A DNA stretch of 63,787 nt, filler included, from Collodictyon triciliatum (GCA_043381765.1; 8 parts of 8 records of this genome joined end to end with filler, not necessarily neighbours in it), one strand, 5' to 3'. Shown: positions 46,701-61,553, counted from the whole stretch's first letter. Program-made: numbers and translations. Notes: generated by a model from the sequence alone, not told the origin.

Positions 46701-49255
46701 AGCTTGTCGCTGCAGACCCCCATTTTGCTGCCGAATACAGAGTATAAGTTTACCCTTTTGTTTTGTTATCTCTACAAATTTTACTATATTCTTTTACAGA
46801 AAAATGAAAAGATTAACAAGTGACAGAGAAAACACTTGACTTGAACCCGACCATAGGGAAAATTGTACATGTTTGCTGATGAAGCCAAGTTGAGCGAGTT
46901 TATGCGAAATCCTCATGCATACACACAAAACACTCCTGAACCTCCATTCATGAGACTGGCCATATTGGGTCCCCCTTTGTCAGGAAAATCGACGCAGGCA
47001 AGCGCTATTGCCGGCAAGTACAATTTAGTGCATATCGATGTCCAGAAATTGGTTGATTACCACGTCACCTATCAGACTGAAATCGGACAAGAGGTATTAA
47101 CTAAAAATAATTATAAAAAAATATGTGCGTGCAAGAGGGAAATAAGGCCAGTTTCCATTCACGTAAACGTCTGTAATAGATATCTCAGCTACTGGAATCT
47201 GGATTACCTATCAGCCCGGAAATATACGCAAACATCGTAATTAAAGCAACAAAACTCGCTGAAGTAATCATTTTTTATTTTATAATGGAGAGGAAAAAAT
47301 ACGCAGTTTTTTTCTTTCAGTCACTCAGTTATATTTCATGCCCTAAAGGAGCCCACAGCTGATTCGAATGGATGGATTTTGGATGGATTTCCCTCTACTT
47401 TTGAACAGGTATATTTATTCTATTGAACCCACAGTACATATTTAGTGATTTTATGTCTTTTTTTTTTAATTCTTTGAATGATAACAAAATATTCAAAATG
47501 CTATTAGGCCACCATTTTGGTGGAGAAGGGTATCATCCCAGCTAATCTGATCGATATGAGTCCACCCGGTTAGTAGCGCTGAGGATGACTTATTTTTAGA
47601 TTAACCTGATTCTACCATATTACCTATCATGCGTAACATCCGTTCGATACTAACTTAAGTTTAGTAGGAACACTTAAGGATCGATGGACAGCGTCAGATA
47701 AGTAATGCATATTTTCATGAAAACATATCAGGTTATGAAGTAGTGGAAAAACAAAGTTGTCTAAAATTATACAACTCAGATACCCATCAGCAAAATTTGT
47801 CGATTACACATCGAAAGCTTTTTCAGAATCATACTCTAAGATGTTGGGGGTACTCACAGACGCTGGCGCTCGACACGTATGTTAGATGTTGCACTTTGAA
47901 TATTTTGCCCTTTTTTTTTTCTCACTCGTACTTTGAGTCTATTTTTATCACGCCAAATGCTTCTTGAGTCTGAATTTTACTTGCTGATAACTTGGTGTTG
48001 TTGCCTGTGGAAAATCCCTAAATTTCACTTATATCCTACACTCACATGGAACAAATCTTTCGAGGCAATATTTTATTAACATTCTGATCAACATTTTACT
48101 TACCTTGTATGCAGAATCCAATCGACTGTATTGGCTCCATGGATGAAGTCAGTGGGCGTATCATGAATGCCATCGACCCTATTATCCCAAAAGCTGAAGA
48201 AATTGACTTTGGATCTCTTTCTCCTTCCGTAACCCTATCATAATGTTGATTAAAATATGTAATCATAGTATATTCCTTCTCCTTTTAAATATTATGGTGT
48301 GTTGACTTCATATGTATTTCTTTCTTCTTTTTTTTTTTTTTTTTTTTTTCTTTCTTTTTTAGTTTTTTTTGTTTTTTTTTTTTGGAAATTATTTTTCGAT
48401 AACTTTTATGTAGAGACNNNNNNNNNNNNNNNNNNNNNNNNNNNNNNNNNNNNNNNNNNNNNNNNNNNNNNNNNNNNNNNNNNNNNNNNNNNNNNNNNNN
48501 NNNNNNNNNNNNNNNNNTTTTTTCTCCCCCTTTTAAATATTTTTTTTTTTTGTTTTTATATGTTTTTTTTTCTTTTTTTTTTTTTTTTTTTTTTTTTGCA
48601 TCCATTTTAAGGATCGTCGGTTCGGGGACACAGGAAATTACTGCCCGGTAGCTTTGAAGGACCACAATGCATTGATTTCTGGAAGGGTTCGTTCTTGTTT
48701 CTTAAAGCATGGAATAAATTTTATGGATTGGTACTGCTTCTTTCGAAACGCCATGCTTATCCACAAGCCACATTTATTTTGTACATCATGATGTATATCT
48801 CGTAGGAAGACCTGGCTGCAGTTTATAAAGGATACATTTATCTATTTTCTGATGAGGAGAGCAAAAAGAAGTTTATAGCGAATCCATCGAATTATTTATT
48901 TGCAGACCCGAAGGCTCCACCATCAATCAGATTTTTAGTTCAAGGCACCGACGGTTCGAATAAGGTATTTCAGATACTTGAAGGAAACCCCCTCCTTTTC
49001 TATTTATTACGCAGGTGAATTGTATGTTCTTTTTTTAAAATAATTGGGATGGCGTTAAAAATTATATTCCAGGTCGCTTTAGCTCGAAAGATATCGGAAG
49101 AAACTGGTGTGCCATATGTGACTATTGATGAACTTGTCAAAGTCAAAGAAATGGTATTGAAAGCCACGAATTCTCCAATGCTACCAAGAGGGGAAGATGG
49201 AAATATTTCAGATGAAGCAATTGCGGTTACAATTGCAGAGGCTCTGAATGTTGAG
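40705..49255 (+). CDS. AK9: Adenylate kinase 9-like multi-domain protein with an N-terminal EF-hand-like domain and a long acidic/Ser-rich linker (3'-partial)
   Basis: P-loops ISGKPGCGKT and ILGPPLSGKST; GCVIDDYP and GWILDGFP; YHS-like repeats YCPVSY..FAAEYR|GKLYMFADEAKLSEFMRNPHAY and YCPVAL..AAVYKGYIYLFSDEESKKKFIANP; phase-compatible exon chain from ATG 40705. Confidence 0.85.
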
Positions 49256-49480
49256 GTAGGATTCTATGTGGGAAAAAAATGTTTGTTAGATATTTCTATA
49301 GTTTTTTGTAGCTCTTCTCCCTTTTTTTTCTCCCTTTTTTTCTCCTTTTTTTTTCTCCCTTTTTTTTTCTCCCTTTTTTCTCTCGTATTTCTCTCGTATT
49401 TCTCTCGTATTTCTCTCGTATTTCTCTCGTATTTCTCTCGTATTTCTCTCGTATTTCTCTCGTATTTCTCTCGTATTTCT

Positions 49481-49580
49481 NNNNNNNNNNNNNNNNNNNN
49501 NNNNNNNNNNNNNNNNNNNNNNNNTTAATTAATTAANNNNNNNNNNNNNNNNNNNNNNNNNNNNNNNNNNNNNNNNNNNN
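49481..49580. other. Artificial scaffold spacer
   Basis: N-TTAATTAATTAA-N. Confidence 0.97.
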
Positions 49581-49675
<95 letters not shown>

Positions 49676-49718
49676 TGGTTCCCTCTTTTTTCAACCTCTA
49701 ACTTGAATTTATTAATAG

Positions 49719-52700
49719 GGAACCATGCCCCATGAATCCGAGGCACGCTTTATAAAGACTAAAGTGGCAACCGTCTTTACCCAAGTAGCTATTCGCGAAT
49801 GGCCTCAAAATTGGACTGACATGATTGATTCCATAATTAAAATCGCATCAATGGATGTAAGAAAAAATATTTCAAGTTAACTTTTCTTCTTTGTATGATT
49901 TATTGATTCCATTTTGTTTAGCTGACTCGTGAAGAACTTGCTTTTATGTCCCTGAAATTCCTCTCGGATGAAATTACCCAATTTTCAATGCAAATGCCGG
50001 ACCAACGACGACGGGAGCTAATTCAGGTTATAGAACATAAAGTTAACTAAATATCTCAAATTATATACAATTTCATTCAACAAATGAAGTAAAAGGCTTA
50101 TTTGTTCAAGAACTCGTACATAAATACAACCGTATTGCAACATGATCACTAGGGGCTGAATACCATACTCCCAACCCTCCTTCCTTTTGTGCAAAGGTAT
50201 AGTTGTGATTATGAAGAAGTTCTCTTTTTTTTAATATTTTTTAAAAATACCGCCTGCAGGTTTTTATTGAGTTCATGGATATGCCTTATACCCTTAACTA
50301 TACAATTTTATAGTCGTTTAGCACAATATCTTCAAGCGATAGGCACCTCCTCTCCAGCTGATTGCAAAATTTACATCGACCTTGTTAATTTAATAAACGA
50401 ATATTGTACCTCTATTTGGGAATGGGCCCCAACAACCTCTTTCTTCGAATATCACCTGCAGGAAGCTATGGTTTACCAACTTCGTATACCAGATGTTCGG
50501 CAGGTAATCCTTTTTTAAAAAAAGAAAAATCATAGAAATCAGGGAATATAATATGACATGTTCATCTTCATACAAGAATAAAATATATTGTCCTGTATAA
50601 ACCTCATTCAAGACCGCCTGCGAATGTCTGCTATTGGTTGGCGAAAAAAAATTACGGCCTGAGACCGGTTTATTTGCGGAAAGGCTTTTTAATCTAATGA
50701 ATTCCACAATACCCACAGTTATTTCGGTAAGGATATGAAACACTTAGTCCACTATTCCTTCCTTCCTTCCTTCCTTCCTTCCTTCCTTCCTTCCTTCCTT
50801 CCTTCCTTCCTTCCTTCCTTCCTTCCTTCCTTCCTTCCTTCCTTCCTTCCTTCCTTTTCAATCTAAAAATAAGGGACTGGAAACCTTACTTGAGCCATAG
50901 TAATTCTAATCGAAAAATTCAGACCCTTACAGATGATGATTACGAATATATCAAAAAACTAAGTCAGGTAAGACTAGACATCATCAGTATTTTCTCGTAT
51001 TGTAAGCTCACTACATATGTATCTGATTATAAATAGATGGTAAGCGCTATGGGGTCTACCTTCTTTCCTTCAATCGAAAGCCTGGAAAGTGTCCTCCTTC
51101 CGTAATTTTCATAATCATATCAAAAAAAAGAATTCACAGGCTTACGAAATGCCTTAATCTCTAACAAGGAATTACTTTGTTGTAATTATTAGCTAAAACA
51201 CCTATTCTATTCTCTCTTGCTCTTTACTATTGTTTATTGTTGTTATTATGTTTATTTTACGTGTCTCTTGTTAGGTTTTTGCAAATGCTGCTGATGTTTT
51301 CCAATCACCCGAGTCTTTTGGTATCGTCATTCACAGTCCCCTTGTGGATTATTGTTATGAAGTCTCCTAACGTTCAACAAGTATAGCATTTCTGTGGTAA
51401 TCGAGTTTGTAATTGTAAACAAAACTTACCCTGATGTACTCGATTTCAACTTTATAAATCATGACTAGAAATCATTCATAATTGGTTTACTTGGAGAAGT
51501 TTTCAAATTTTGTGACCAAAAGATATTAAAAGGTGTGTAAAATCATCATATCAACACTTTCTTAGGATTATTTTTTCACTTTATTTATGTATTTATCTGA
51601 GCAAAATAACCACTTCTATTTTTCTGTAGTTGGTGATCCAAGTTACGAAAATCCTGTTGCGAAGTACTCTAGGGAAGACTTTGATTCTGTAGAGGAATAT
51701 CAAGTAAGTACATTCATGTGGGGTATAGCCTTTTAATTAACCTATCATTTGCTTTTAAAAAAAAAATCAAAATACGACTTAACCATGTCATTTTGTTAAA
51801 CATATGTAAAATGAAGCCATTCTTTGCAACTCTGAGATGCCGTTTGATCGATATGATTAGGCGAATCAGCTTTTACATGGTAAGAACCATCATAATTATA
51901 ATTTGGGGTCTTTTTTATTCTTCCTTTCAATTTTGTGCAGGATGGTGAAGAACCATCATAATTATAATTTGGCGTTTTTTTTCCATCTGTGTGCATTCTA
52001 TTCTACACTTTTCTATACTGTAATATTCAAGAATAAAAATTCATTTTTTGCCATATCAGCCACGTCAATCCCTCGAGTTTATCAATCAAAAACTCGAAAC
52101 GATTTTGGAGGCATCAAAAAAATCAGCATCGACTGCAAAGCTCACTGTCCACTCCCCAGAATATATTGCCTGGGAAGGCTTCAATTGCGAACTAAACTCT
52201 GTGATTTTGGGTATTGATGACCTTCAGAAAGACCTAACCGACCCAAACGCTACTGTAAGATATACTCTTCGATGATGTATTCTAGTCCATTTAGGCTGTG
52301 TTACATGCATAATTTCCCTCCTCCGAATATGAAATGCTCATCAAACGAATCAAAACATAGACCAAACTTGCCAGCTGTCCTATTTTAATGGAGAATGTTC
52401 TAAAGAATATTTTGAGCTGGGAGCCTAAAGTAATCATGTCTATTTTTTTGATTGTTATAGTTCGTTTTGTTTTGCTTCGTTTTGCTTCGTTTTGCTTCGT
52501 TTTCCAACTGTTTACTACGCACCTTGCTATCGATATTGGAATATCTATCTATTTTCTAATGGACTGTTTTACGCGATGCAATATCACACAGGACCCACTG
52601 TTGTTTACAAGAGTACTGCAGTGCGTCCAGACACTTTCTCCTTATCTAAGTTATTACCAGCACTACATCCTGACATTACTCGAGAAGGTATACAAGAACC

Positions 52701-55700
52701 CTTTGACTCACTATTTTGATCAGCATAATTTGAACATCACATAAACACTAATAGCTGTTTGGTTACGTCTTATTCCGAGCCCCTGGTGAAGCTGAATTAC
52801 CATTGGTTTGTTTAAAATTCCATATGAGCTAGCGTTGTGGAGATGTTTAGTGAGAATATATATTTAGTCTTCGGGTGACAAGATGGGCTTTATTATGTAG
52901 GAAAATCTTTCAGAGGATACTTTCTCGTGCCGAAAAAAGGCCTGTCTTACTTTAGTTCATCTAGCTCAACACGTCCCCCATCTGCTAATTGTAAGAAATA
53001 TTTCAATAAGACTTACTGAATAGGCATGAAGATTTATAGAAAATGAGGCACATGGGAACATGTTAATTATTTGTGGCCTTTCCTCATCTCTTTACACGCT
53101 GCATTAGGGGTTTCTTCCTCAGATGGCCATGAAAATACAAGAACTATCTAACGGTCAAATCACGGGCCATGAGAAAATCATGTTGATAGAATCCATGATA
53201 AAAACGAGGTTTCAATTGAACTTTGTTTGTTTGTTTTAAAAGAAGGAAATACTCAGAATTGTTAAATTTTACGATGTGAATTCTTTTCTCGACATTTAGG
53301 TTTAACGAAAAAAATCAATAGGATTAATATTTGCTCCCTAAATATGAGTTCTAATTATCACCAAATCATGTCAACATAACATAAACTCTGTTCCTCTCAT
53401 CTTTTATCAGCAATAGCTACAAAGACTACAATACGCAAAAATCCTTCTTGACATCCATCCTTGGCCCAACTTTGGAACAAATGGCCACAATTTGTGCCAG
53501 TATGTTTGGTCCATCGCATGCCATACCACTACCCTTTGGTTGTACTTTAGAAATAATTTGTCAATTTCAACTGTGCAGATCTTTCCGTATCAAACATGCC
53601 GGAGTTTTGTCGAATCTTCGGAATACCCGTAGTTTTAAAATCATAAATCATGATTCAAATGTTTTATTCATTTTTTTCTCCCAGAAAGAAAAGAGTATAT
53701 GATATCTTTAGATGGTAAAATCATCTCGATGCTGAGACAGACAATTTAATTAACATCTCGTCTAGTCAGAAGTACTAACACAAACAATAAACTTTGATTT
53801 GTGCTCACTAGCTGACAAATATGCCACCCTTTTCTGCCGAAGAGTTGGCCTCACACCCCCAACGCAGGCGATCTGTAGATTTGATTGAATTTAAATTGAT
53901 TTCACAAATTGTCTTTTTTTTGTCTATATTGTAACAATTACGTTTGTAGGTAACTTGATTAACCATAAAATATTAGATTACCGATGCTACTGCTCTGTTT
54001 AATATTACGGCTCGTTGTGTAGTCATCCCCTCGGTATTCTTAAAAAAAACAATCCTCTGTAATATGTCTCCTTGTCTCTAACACCCAGATTTTGAAAGGA
54101 TGCAAGTAGCTATGTCGGTCCCCTGGGGCAGGGCCTTGCCCCTGATCAGTATGGATACCGACATCCCGCCACAGACCTTTTCCTGCCTTTCCTAGCTCAT
54201 TCATCAAATCTCCTATCGTGCATGTCAACTTTGTGGCATCCGTAATGATTTATTACGTGATTAGTTTGCTTGTTTATTTTGTTTATTTTTATTTACTGCG
54301 ATTAAAAAGATAGCGACGATTCAACACATCCATAAATGCATTTAGCGAGTTTCGGTCTGTGGTGCGCTCAGAATTTTATGAAATCTATAATGTAATCCCC
54401 TATGAGCAACATACAGTGCTAGGTATAATGCTAATTGTTTCGTTGGGTTTTTTTCTTCATTTTTCACTCGTTTAGTTTGTATGCCCTCCTTCTAATGCAA
54501 TAAGATTAATAATACACAAGGCGAGGATAACGACGACTCGTATCTCTATGGAAGTCAGGGTGCAGTCAACAGTGGACGGATGGTTTATCATTGGCTGACA
54601 CAGACACATGATAACATGTTGGTGTAAATTCTATATAAACTATTTAGTGCATGTGAATGCTCACATGTTCATGTGTTGTTTTTTCAACCAATTTTATTTT
54701 CATATTATTTTTTGCATAGATTGAGATCGATGTCAGGCTATGTGTCTAATACTAAGGAGCTGTACTACGTACCAGCCTTGTCAGCGATGTTACTAGATAA
54801 ATATTTCCAATCTGTGCCTTATATTCATGAAAAATACTTGGAAAGAATATGGAGTATGTCTGATTTAAGTTCCAAATACAAATACCTTCAAATTTTAACC
54901 TACCAAAATTATCATATTTACAATTCGCTAGATATTGTTTTTTAATTGGGAGGGGAAAAAATTTTTTGGTTTAGGCATTTTATATGAAAAAAATATAACT
55001 TTACATACCTACAAACTCAGAGGTCTTGGTTCAGCCGTTAAATATAAACTGCCCTGAAAGTCTGTTGGAAAATTGCTTACACCAACCGATGAAATTCCTC
55101 CTTAACGCCACCAAAGAGAGAATATTTATTGGATGGCAGCAGGTGGAGGCCATAGCAACAAGGTTATTGCATCTCATGGCTGTGCAACATCGTTTTACGG
55201 CTCGCTCTAACAAAGCATGTTATCGTTGTACTTTACTGAATTAGGTAAGACTCGATTTTATGCTCATTTTAATATACAAGTAGTGAAAATTCTACGGCCA
55301 CGGTGAAGGAGGAAATTGTTTACGAAAGCTTCTTCAGGAGGCTAAACCGCACTGTCTTCGAATCCCTATGGATTCTCTTGTCTAATCCTATCCAGCCAAA
55401 ATCCGGTAATAGCTTAGTAATACCTTTATATTTCGGCCAGGCAATATAATAATTCCTATTGTATTTTATTGTATTTTATTGTATTTTATTGTATTTTATT
55501 GTATTTTATTGTATTTTATTGTATTTTATTGTATTTTATTGTATTTTATTGTATTTTATTGTATTTTATTGTNNNNNNNNNNNNNNNNNNNNNNNNNNNN
55601 NNNNNNNNTGTATTTTATTGTATTTTATTGTATTTTATTGTATTTTATTGTATTTTATTGTATTCTATTGTATTCTATTGCATTCTATTGTATTCTATTG

Positions 55701-57458
55701 TATTCTATTGTATTCTATTGTATTGTATTATATTGTATTCTATTGTATTGTATTGTATTGTATTGTATTGTATTGTATTGTATTTAATTGTATTTAATTG
55801 TATTTAATTGTATTTAATTGTATTTAATTGTATTTAATTGTATTTAATTGTATTTAATTGTATTTAATTGTATTTAATCAAAAAAGCAGGGCAAAAGGTC
55901 AGTGATGATGCTGATGAAACCGAAGCTCCAGCGGTCGAAGAAGCCCCACTCGTAGGAAAGAGCGCCCACGTTCAAAAGTTCTTTTGTCAGACTCAGGTTG
56001 CCTGCACTTAGGACTATATTTTATTTTGCAGGTTTTAGTTAAAGTTATTCATTATCGCTCTAGGACTTGGTATTACCAGTTCTCATACTAATCCCAAAAG
56101 CCTTGGGTTGGCCAGATACAGTCTCTGGTACTAGATGTGTGAGCATAGGGAACTCAATATTTCCTCTTGTTTCAAGTAAAAAAAAAATAATAATCATCAT
56201 ATATGTTTGTTCGTATCCTTGGTGTCCAATTAATAATTTAAGCAAATGTCATATGAGTTAGGGTAGTTGTTTGTTTTATGGATTTTCTCTGCATAGATAT
56301 TCCGCAATTCCTCTCATATTTTTCCGTGGACCTTCTCGGCTCATTGCTATTGCTCATCGTTACTGGCAAAAACCCTTCCAGTCATCTCGATTACATTTCA
56401 ATCATCCGCGATATTTTAGTCAAGTAACTCAATTTATAAACCATAGAACAAGCTCACGGTCATTTCCCTCAAGACGCTTTTAGTCATAATAATTATATAT
56501 GCTCATATCGCACCTTTGTGGTAGCATCAGTTTCTCATGATGAAAGAAAAATAATATATATATTTAGATACTCGCCATTTTCTTTGGAAATAACGAAGCT
56601 ACTTGCTCAAGTTCCAAATTCTAATGCCCGCATGATTCGTGTAAGTTTGAGCTTATTGTTTGGCCAATAAATTTTTTAAAACTTTTTGCCAAATCTTGCC
56701 ATTATCACAGCATGGCATGTTCTATGACTCATATACATGTAATTAAAAAAATCCTTTATTCAATACAAGGGAAGGGTTTTTGTATTTTTCTGCAGTCTGG
56801 TGTAGTTGAAACATAAATGTGTATAGGAATGAATTAAAATGGCTATATATTAAATAGGAACTTGTCGACAATATCCAAAAGGAATCAAACGAGAAGAAAC
56901 AAAAACAACTTCTTAAAAAGTTTTTTGAAGCCTGCAATGTACAGTTGCTTTGTTTTTTGTTTTTTTGTATTTTGTTTTTTGTTTTTTGTTTTTTGTTTTT
57001 TGTTTTTTGTTTTTTGTTTTTTGTTTTTTACATATGAATCTTTAGCGTATCTATCAAAATTATAAATGGTTACAAAAAACATTATGCGGCATTTTACTCT
57101 TGAACACAGATTCCTGTTGGAGACATCAAAAAACAAACAAATATCAGAAACCTCCCTCAAAAGCTGTACATCCTGAAAAAACTTGCAGAGAGCAGGTAAA
57201 ATCCCCTTGTCAATTTCATTCGGGCGGTTTATGGTGTTGTTTTCTGTCTCCGTTGTATTCTATTCTGTATTCTATTCTGTATTCTATTCTGTATTCTATT
57301 CTGTATTCTATTCTGTATTCTATTCTGTATTCTATTCTGTATTCTATTCTGTATTCTATTCTGTATTCGAACCTCACCTCGTATTCTTATCTTCTAGTGA
57401 CCTCTCGGAGTCTAGCCTTGATTTAGACATACAATCGCTGTTTCGACATAAGAAGTGA
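49719..57458 (+). CDS. XPO5: Exportin-5-like karyopherin (about 30 exons, 5'-partial)
   Basis: FIKTKVATVFTQVAIREWPQNWTDM, DQRRRELIQGL, DDYEYIKKLSQ, NHPSLLVSS, VGDPS..YSREDFDSVEEY, CRKKACLTLV, RHPA, ALGWPDT, IRNLP; stop TGA at 57458. Confidence 0.88.
55459..55878. repeat. Compound intronic satellite TTGTATTTTA > TTGTATTCTA > TTGTA > TTGTATTTAA
   Basis: Direct inspection. Confidence 0.95.
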
Positions 57459-57817
57459 CCACATCAGCCTTTACTCGGTGCAAAGCACATGGCCTGGGAC
57501 AACTTTAGAGGGCGCTGATCTGGCCGCAACCCTGAAGATGATAAACAGGAGCATCAATAGTTGATAATACGAATGCGAATCTGCCAGTATGGAAGGGCCC
57601 ATCGCATTAAAGAAAGAAAGAGTAGAAAAAAAGAAACTAAACGAAAATGAAACACTGGGAAGCAACTAATGCTCTATTCTCTTCATTCGTTTGTTTGTAT
57701 TTTGGGTGTCTGCAATAGATCTGATATATCTTGTTCTCGGATGGTAGTTTTATTCATCGAATTAGGAACGACTATTATGAGATACTTCCGCCCCTGTACA
57801 AGCTCGAAGGGAGACGC

Positions 57818-58775
57818 TTAGGTGGGGCGGATTATGCCGTGCGCTATCTCCTGCTTTGTGTAGTACTCTTCGATTGACTTGAAGTAGCTTAGCTTCTCTT
57901 GATAACTGCAATACGTGTTTCGAAAGTTTGAGATTCAGATATGTCTGAGTATTGGAATAAATATATCTGAAGTTATTTTTTGATGTATTTTTTTTCTCTT
58001 TTATCGTTCTTTTGGTAAACTCGGAGGGAAGACAAGAAGGCATGTTTATTAGGGACCTTCTCTACCTCCATATAAACAAAAAAAAATTATGTTTTATTTA
58101 TTTATTTTTGACATTTATGCGACCCACCTCCCGTAGAAAAACGAGCTGCGGAATCCGTTGAGGACGAGCTCTCGAACTTGGTGCGCGTTAATCCCAAACT
58201 GAGTGACTAGTGGGGAGAGATAATGAGAGGCAGGCAGAAAAGTAACCAAAAGAGGGCAGAGGGCTTGAAACGCGGACTCAGTATATCTCAATTTCTATGT
58301 CAAATGATAGGAGAATGATATGATGCAAAGAGGTGGGGTGCGCTTAAAACGCGTGCTTACTATGGATTAAGTAAATAAAAGAAAAAATCAACATGAAGAT
58401 ATATAACTCTGCGATTGTTTTACCTCCCAGTTTATATTCTCTCATTAGGTTGGTTTGAGAAACAAGTTCTACATGCAAGGAAGGAAAATATGCTTTTAAA
58501 AAAATAAGAAACCCGAAAGTTTTTCGTAGTAAACTCATTTCAGCAGTAATTTTGTAAATATATTTATATATGAGATGTAAAGAAAATGCGTGTATACACG
58601 CATATGTTAGATGGGACAAGTACTGGGCGATTGAGATATAATTGAGTATTTGGCGGTCATGTAATTTGCTAACCCACTATTATCACAACACAGCGTCACA
58701 CAGAGATTATGTTTTAGCATCTCGGTGATTGGATGTCTTTTGCTGCGTGCTAAATCGGGGTGTGTGTCCCAGTTG
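57818..58775 (-). CDS. ADA: Adenosine deaminase family protein, last four exons (58775-58678, 58468-58424, 58206-58128, 57905-57818)
   Basis: RHPITEMLKHNLCVTLCCDN|KLVSQTNLMREYKLG|VTQFGINAHQVRELVLNGFRSSFFYGS|YQEKLSYFKSIEEYY...* matches the ADA C-terminal pattern HP..V(T/S)..D(D/N)....E...N.F.S.F; not in the ORF track. Confidence 0.82.
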
Positions 58776-58834
58776 CTGTGGTGGAGAAAATACGAGATTA
58801 GGATTTCAATTTCTTCTTTAATTCATATCATTTA

Positions 58835-58892
<58 letters not shown>

Positions 58893-58947
58893 ATTTTTTA
58901 TTTTTTATTTTTTATTTTTTATTTTTTATTTTTTATTTTTTATTTTT

Positions 58948-59047
58948 NNNNNNNNNNNNNNNNNNNNNNNNNNNNNNNNNNNNNNNNNNNNTTAATTAAT
59001 TAANNNNNNNNNNNNNNNNNNNNNNNNNNNNNNNNNNNNNNNNNNNN
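58948..59047. other. Artificial scaffold spacer
   Basis: N-TTAATTAATTAA-N. Confidence 0.97.
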
Positions 59048-59149
59048 CTTTGTTTCTTTGTTTCTTTGTTTCTTTGTTTCTTTGTTTCTTTGTTTCTTTG
59101 TTTCTTTGTTTCTTTGTTTCTTTGTTTCTTTGTTTCTTTGTTTCCTGGC

Positions 59150-61508
59150 TAAAAATATGCCTGAGATATTTTTGATATTGGTTCCACTGCCCATAGTCGA
59201 CATATACTCCCAGCGGTTATCTGTTATTTATACATAAAAATTAGTGGAACGCAATGAGCAGATTTTAAAAAAAAAAATATCCTTTTCTAAATAATTGAGA
59301 TAATATTAGAAAAATCTTACAAGCTTAGAATGAATGAAATCAAAGGAGAATGTAGAGAGTCTATTTCTTGGAATATGAAGTGCTCTGTCTGCCAATGTTT
59401 GCAGGCAAAGAAAAGAGCGAGTGTCCCAAATTTTGAGTTCCTGTAGTGTAGGTATATTTCTTTAGTTGTTTTGAATAATAGTCCAAGAAAATCATTGAAT
59501 TAAACTTTGTCACAAATTGACTCTTACTTTTGATGAAGAGGCAGTTATAAGCATATTGTGCGCATCAGAGAACACTACCCCGATAACAATGCTCTCGTGT
59601 GCCTGAATTTTGCCCGTTACAAGATGAGAGAAGCTATTCCAAAATATTCTGTTTGGAAACAAAACGGTTATATGGTATCATCCTTTGTCTACCATGGTTT
59701 GTATTGCTTATGGAAGGGGATGGGGATGGGGATGGGGAAGCTATTTCCCAAAATGTGTACATTTTTCCATCAGAACTTCCACCACAAACAAGATTAAGTT
59801 TTGCGGAGTGAGCCAAGCATGTGATTCCCTTGGTTAAAAATTATATGAATTGATCATTTTGACTGATGGTATATTAATATATATAAAAGGCTTCTCTTCA
59901 ACATTCATACCTCTCCTTTAAAATCATTTTTCATTGAAGAAGTGGGAATGACATTATATTGACCAGTAATCTAATCATTTACCTGAGCATGATCAACAAA
60001 ATTTCCGAGCTTTTCCATCGTAAAAGGGTCTATGAAGCATACTGTGCCATCATTAGCCGATGATACCATGTATTGCCCAGGTATATATAGAAGTGATGTG
60101 ACTGGTGCATGATGATAGAGTCTCTACAAGAATTTTGTAAAGAGATTGTTATTATGAAGGATATCGTTTACGCCAACTGTCACTTTCTATCTAAATGTAT
60201 CGCGTCACTCATATATTCAATTTTCAAGGAAATGGAGACTGACAGTATAGAACTTTTTTCAATATTTAGGCCATTTTATTCAGTTTATTATTGTTACGAT
60301 TATGAAATGGGCATGCTCTGTAGAAGAAGAAAAACATATTTCTTCGTTTGATGCAGATAATTTAAAAATAATAGATGATGATATCAGAACCTGTCCTATT
60401 GCGTTATTTTCGTCCAACTCAAAGAAAATTATGCATCCACTATCCAATCCTACTGCCAGTATTGCTTCCCCTGGGCTGTAATCGAAATGTACAAGTTTTC
60501 CACTAATATTTGAATAGTACGTTGAATTGGTACGTTAATTAAATAATATGGTTCATATATCAATAATGTAAAATTACTCTACTCCGAAAGATAATTTTCT
60601 TCTATTGGATATACAACACTAACCGTTCTTGAACTATTTGCGTTTCCATAATTAAGATTTTTGACGGGATGGATGGTAACACAAGACTTCCTATGTAATG
60701 AGAGCTACGTTTCCTTTCCAGCTCATACATCACAACGAATTTATCTGGTTATAAACGTATAGTTATCATCATGAGAAGTGCAATAAGGTATCAAAGTCAT
60801 CTTTGAATCGAATAAAGGGAAAAAAAAGGTACCAAAGTCATAATTTTCAATAAGTTCATGGAATATGCGGATTTAATTGAACGCACCTGAGTAAGCAGCA
60901 TACAGTCTCCGTCGTAAAGGGAAATATGCAATGTCTAAAGCCCACGTGATTGCATTAATGCGTGACGTTTTTTCTCGTTTTCTAAGATGTTTTAATTTAA
61001 AATTAGAAACAGGCTAGGGAAGGAACTATATAACTTATGCAACCTCCTTCCTCCTACCATTGTAAGGGATAGTCATAAAATGTAAGAATAGGTAGGAATG
61101 ATCCGATAATGACCTACTGATAAAGGGTCCGAGAGCTGGAAGGTATATACTCTTCAACTACGGATTTCTGACGAGCAGTGGATTCCGCAACCGATTTTGC
61201 CGCTGCCTAGCATTAATATCGAATCATATGTTATCTTGAGTCGTGCTAAAGCATGTCTAAGTGGTGAATAGTCTACTAGAAAAATGATATGTTTTGCAGT
61301 ATTTTTTAAACAAAAAAAAACAAACAAATACAAAAAAAAAAAAGCGCGGGGGGGGGGGAGGGAAAAAGAAAGAAAAAAAAAAAAAAAAAAAAAAAAATTA
61401 AAAAATAANNNNNNNNNNNNNNNNNNNNNNNNNNNNNNNNNNNNNNNNNNNNNNNNNNNNNNNNNNNNNNNNNNNNNNNNNNNNNNNNNNNNNNNNNNNN
61501 NNNNNNNN

Positions 61509-61553
<45 letters not shown>

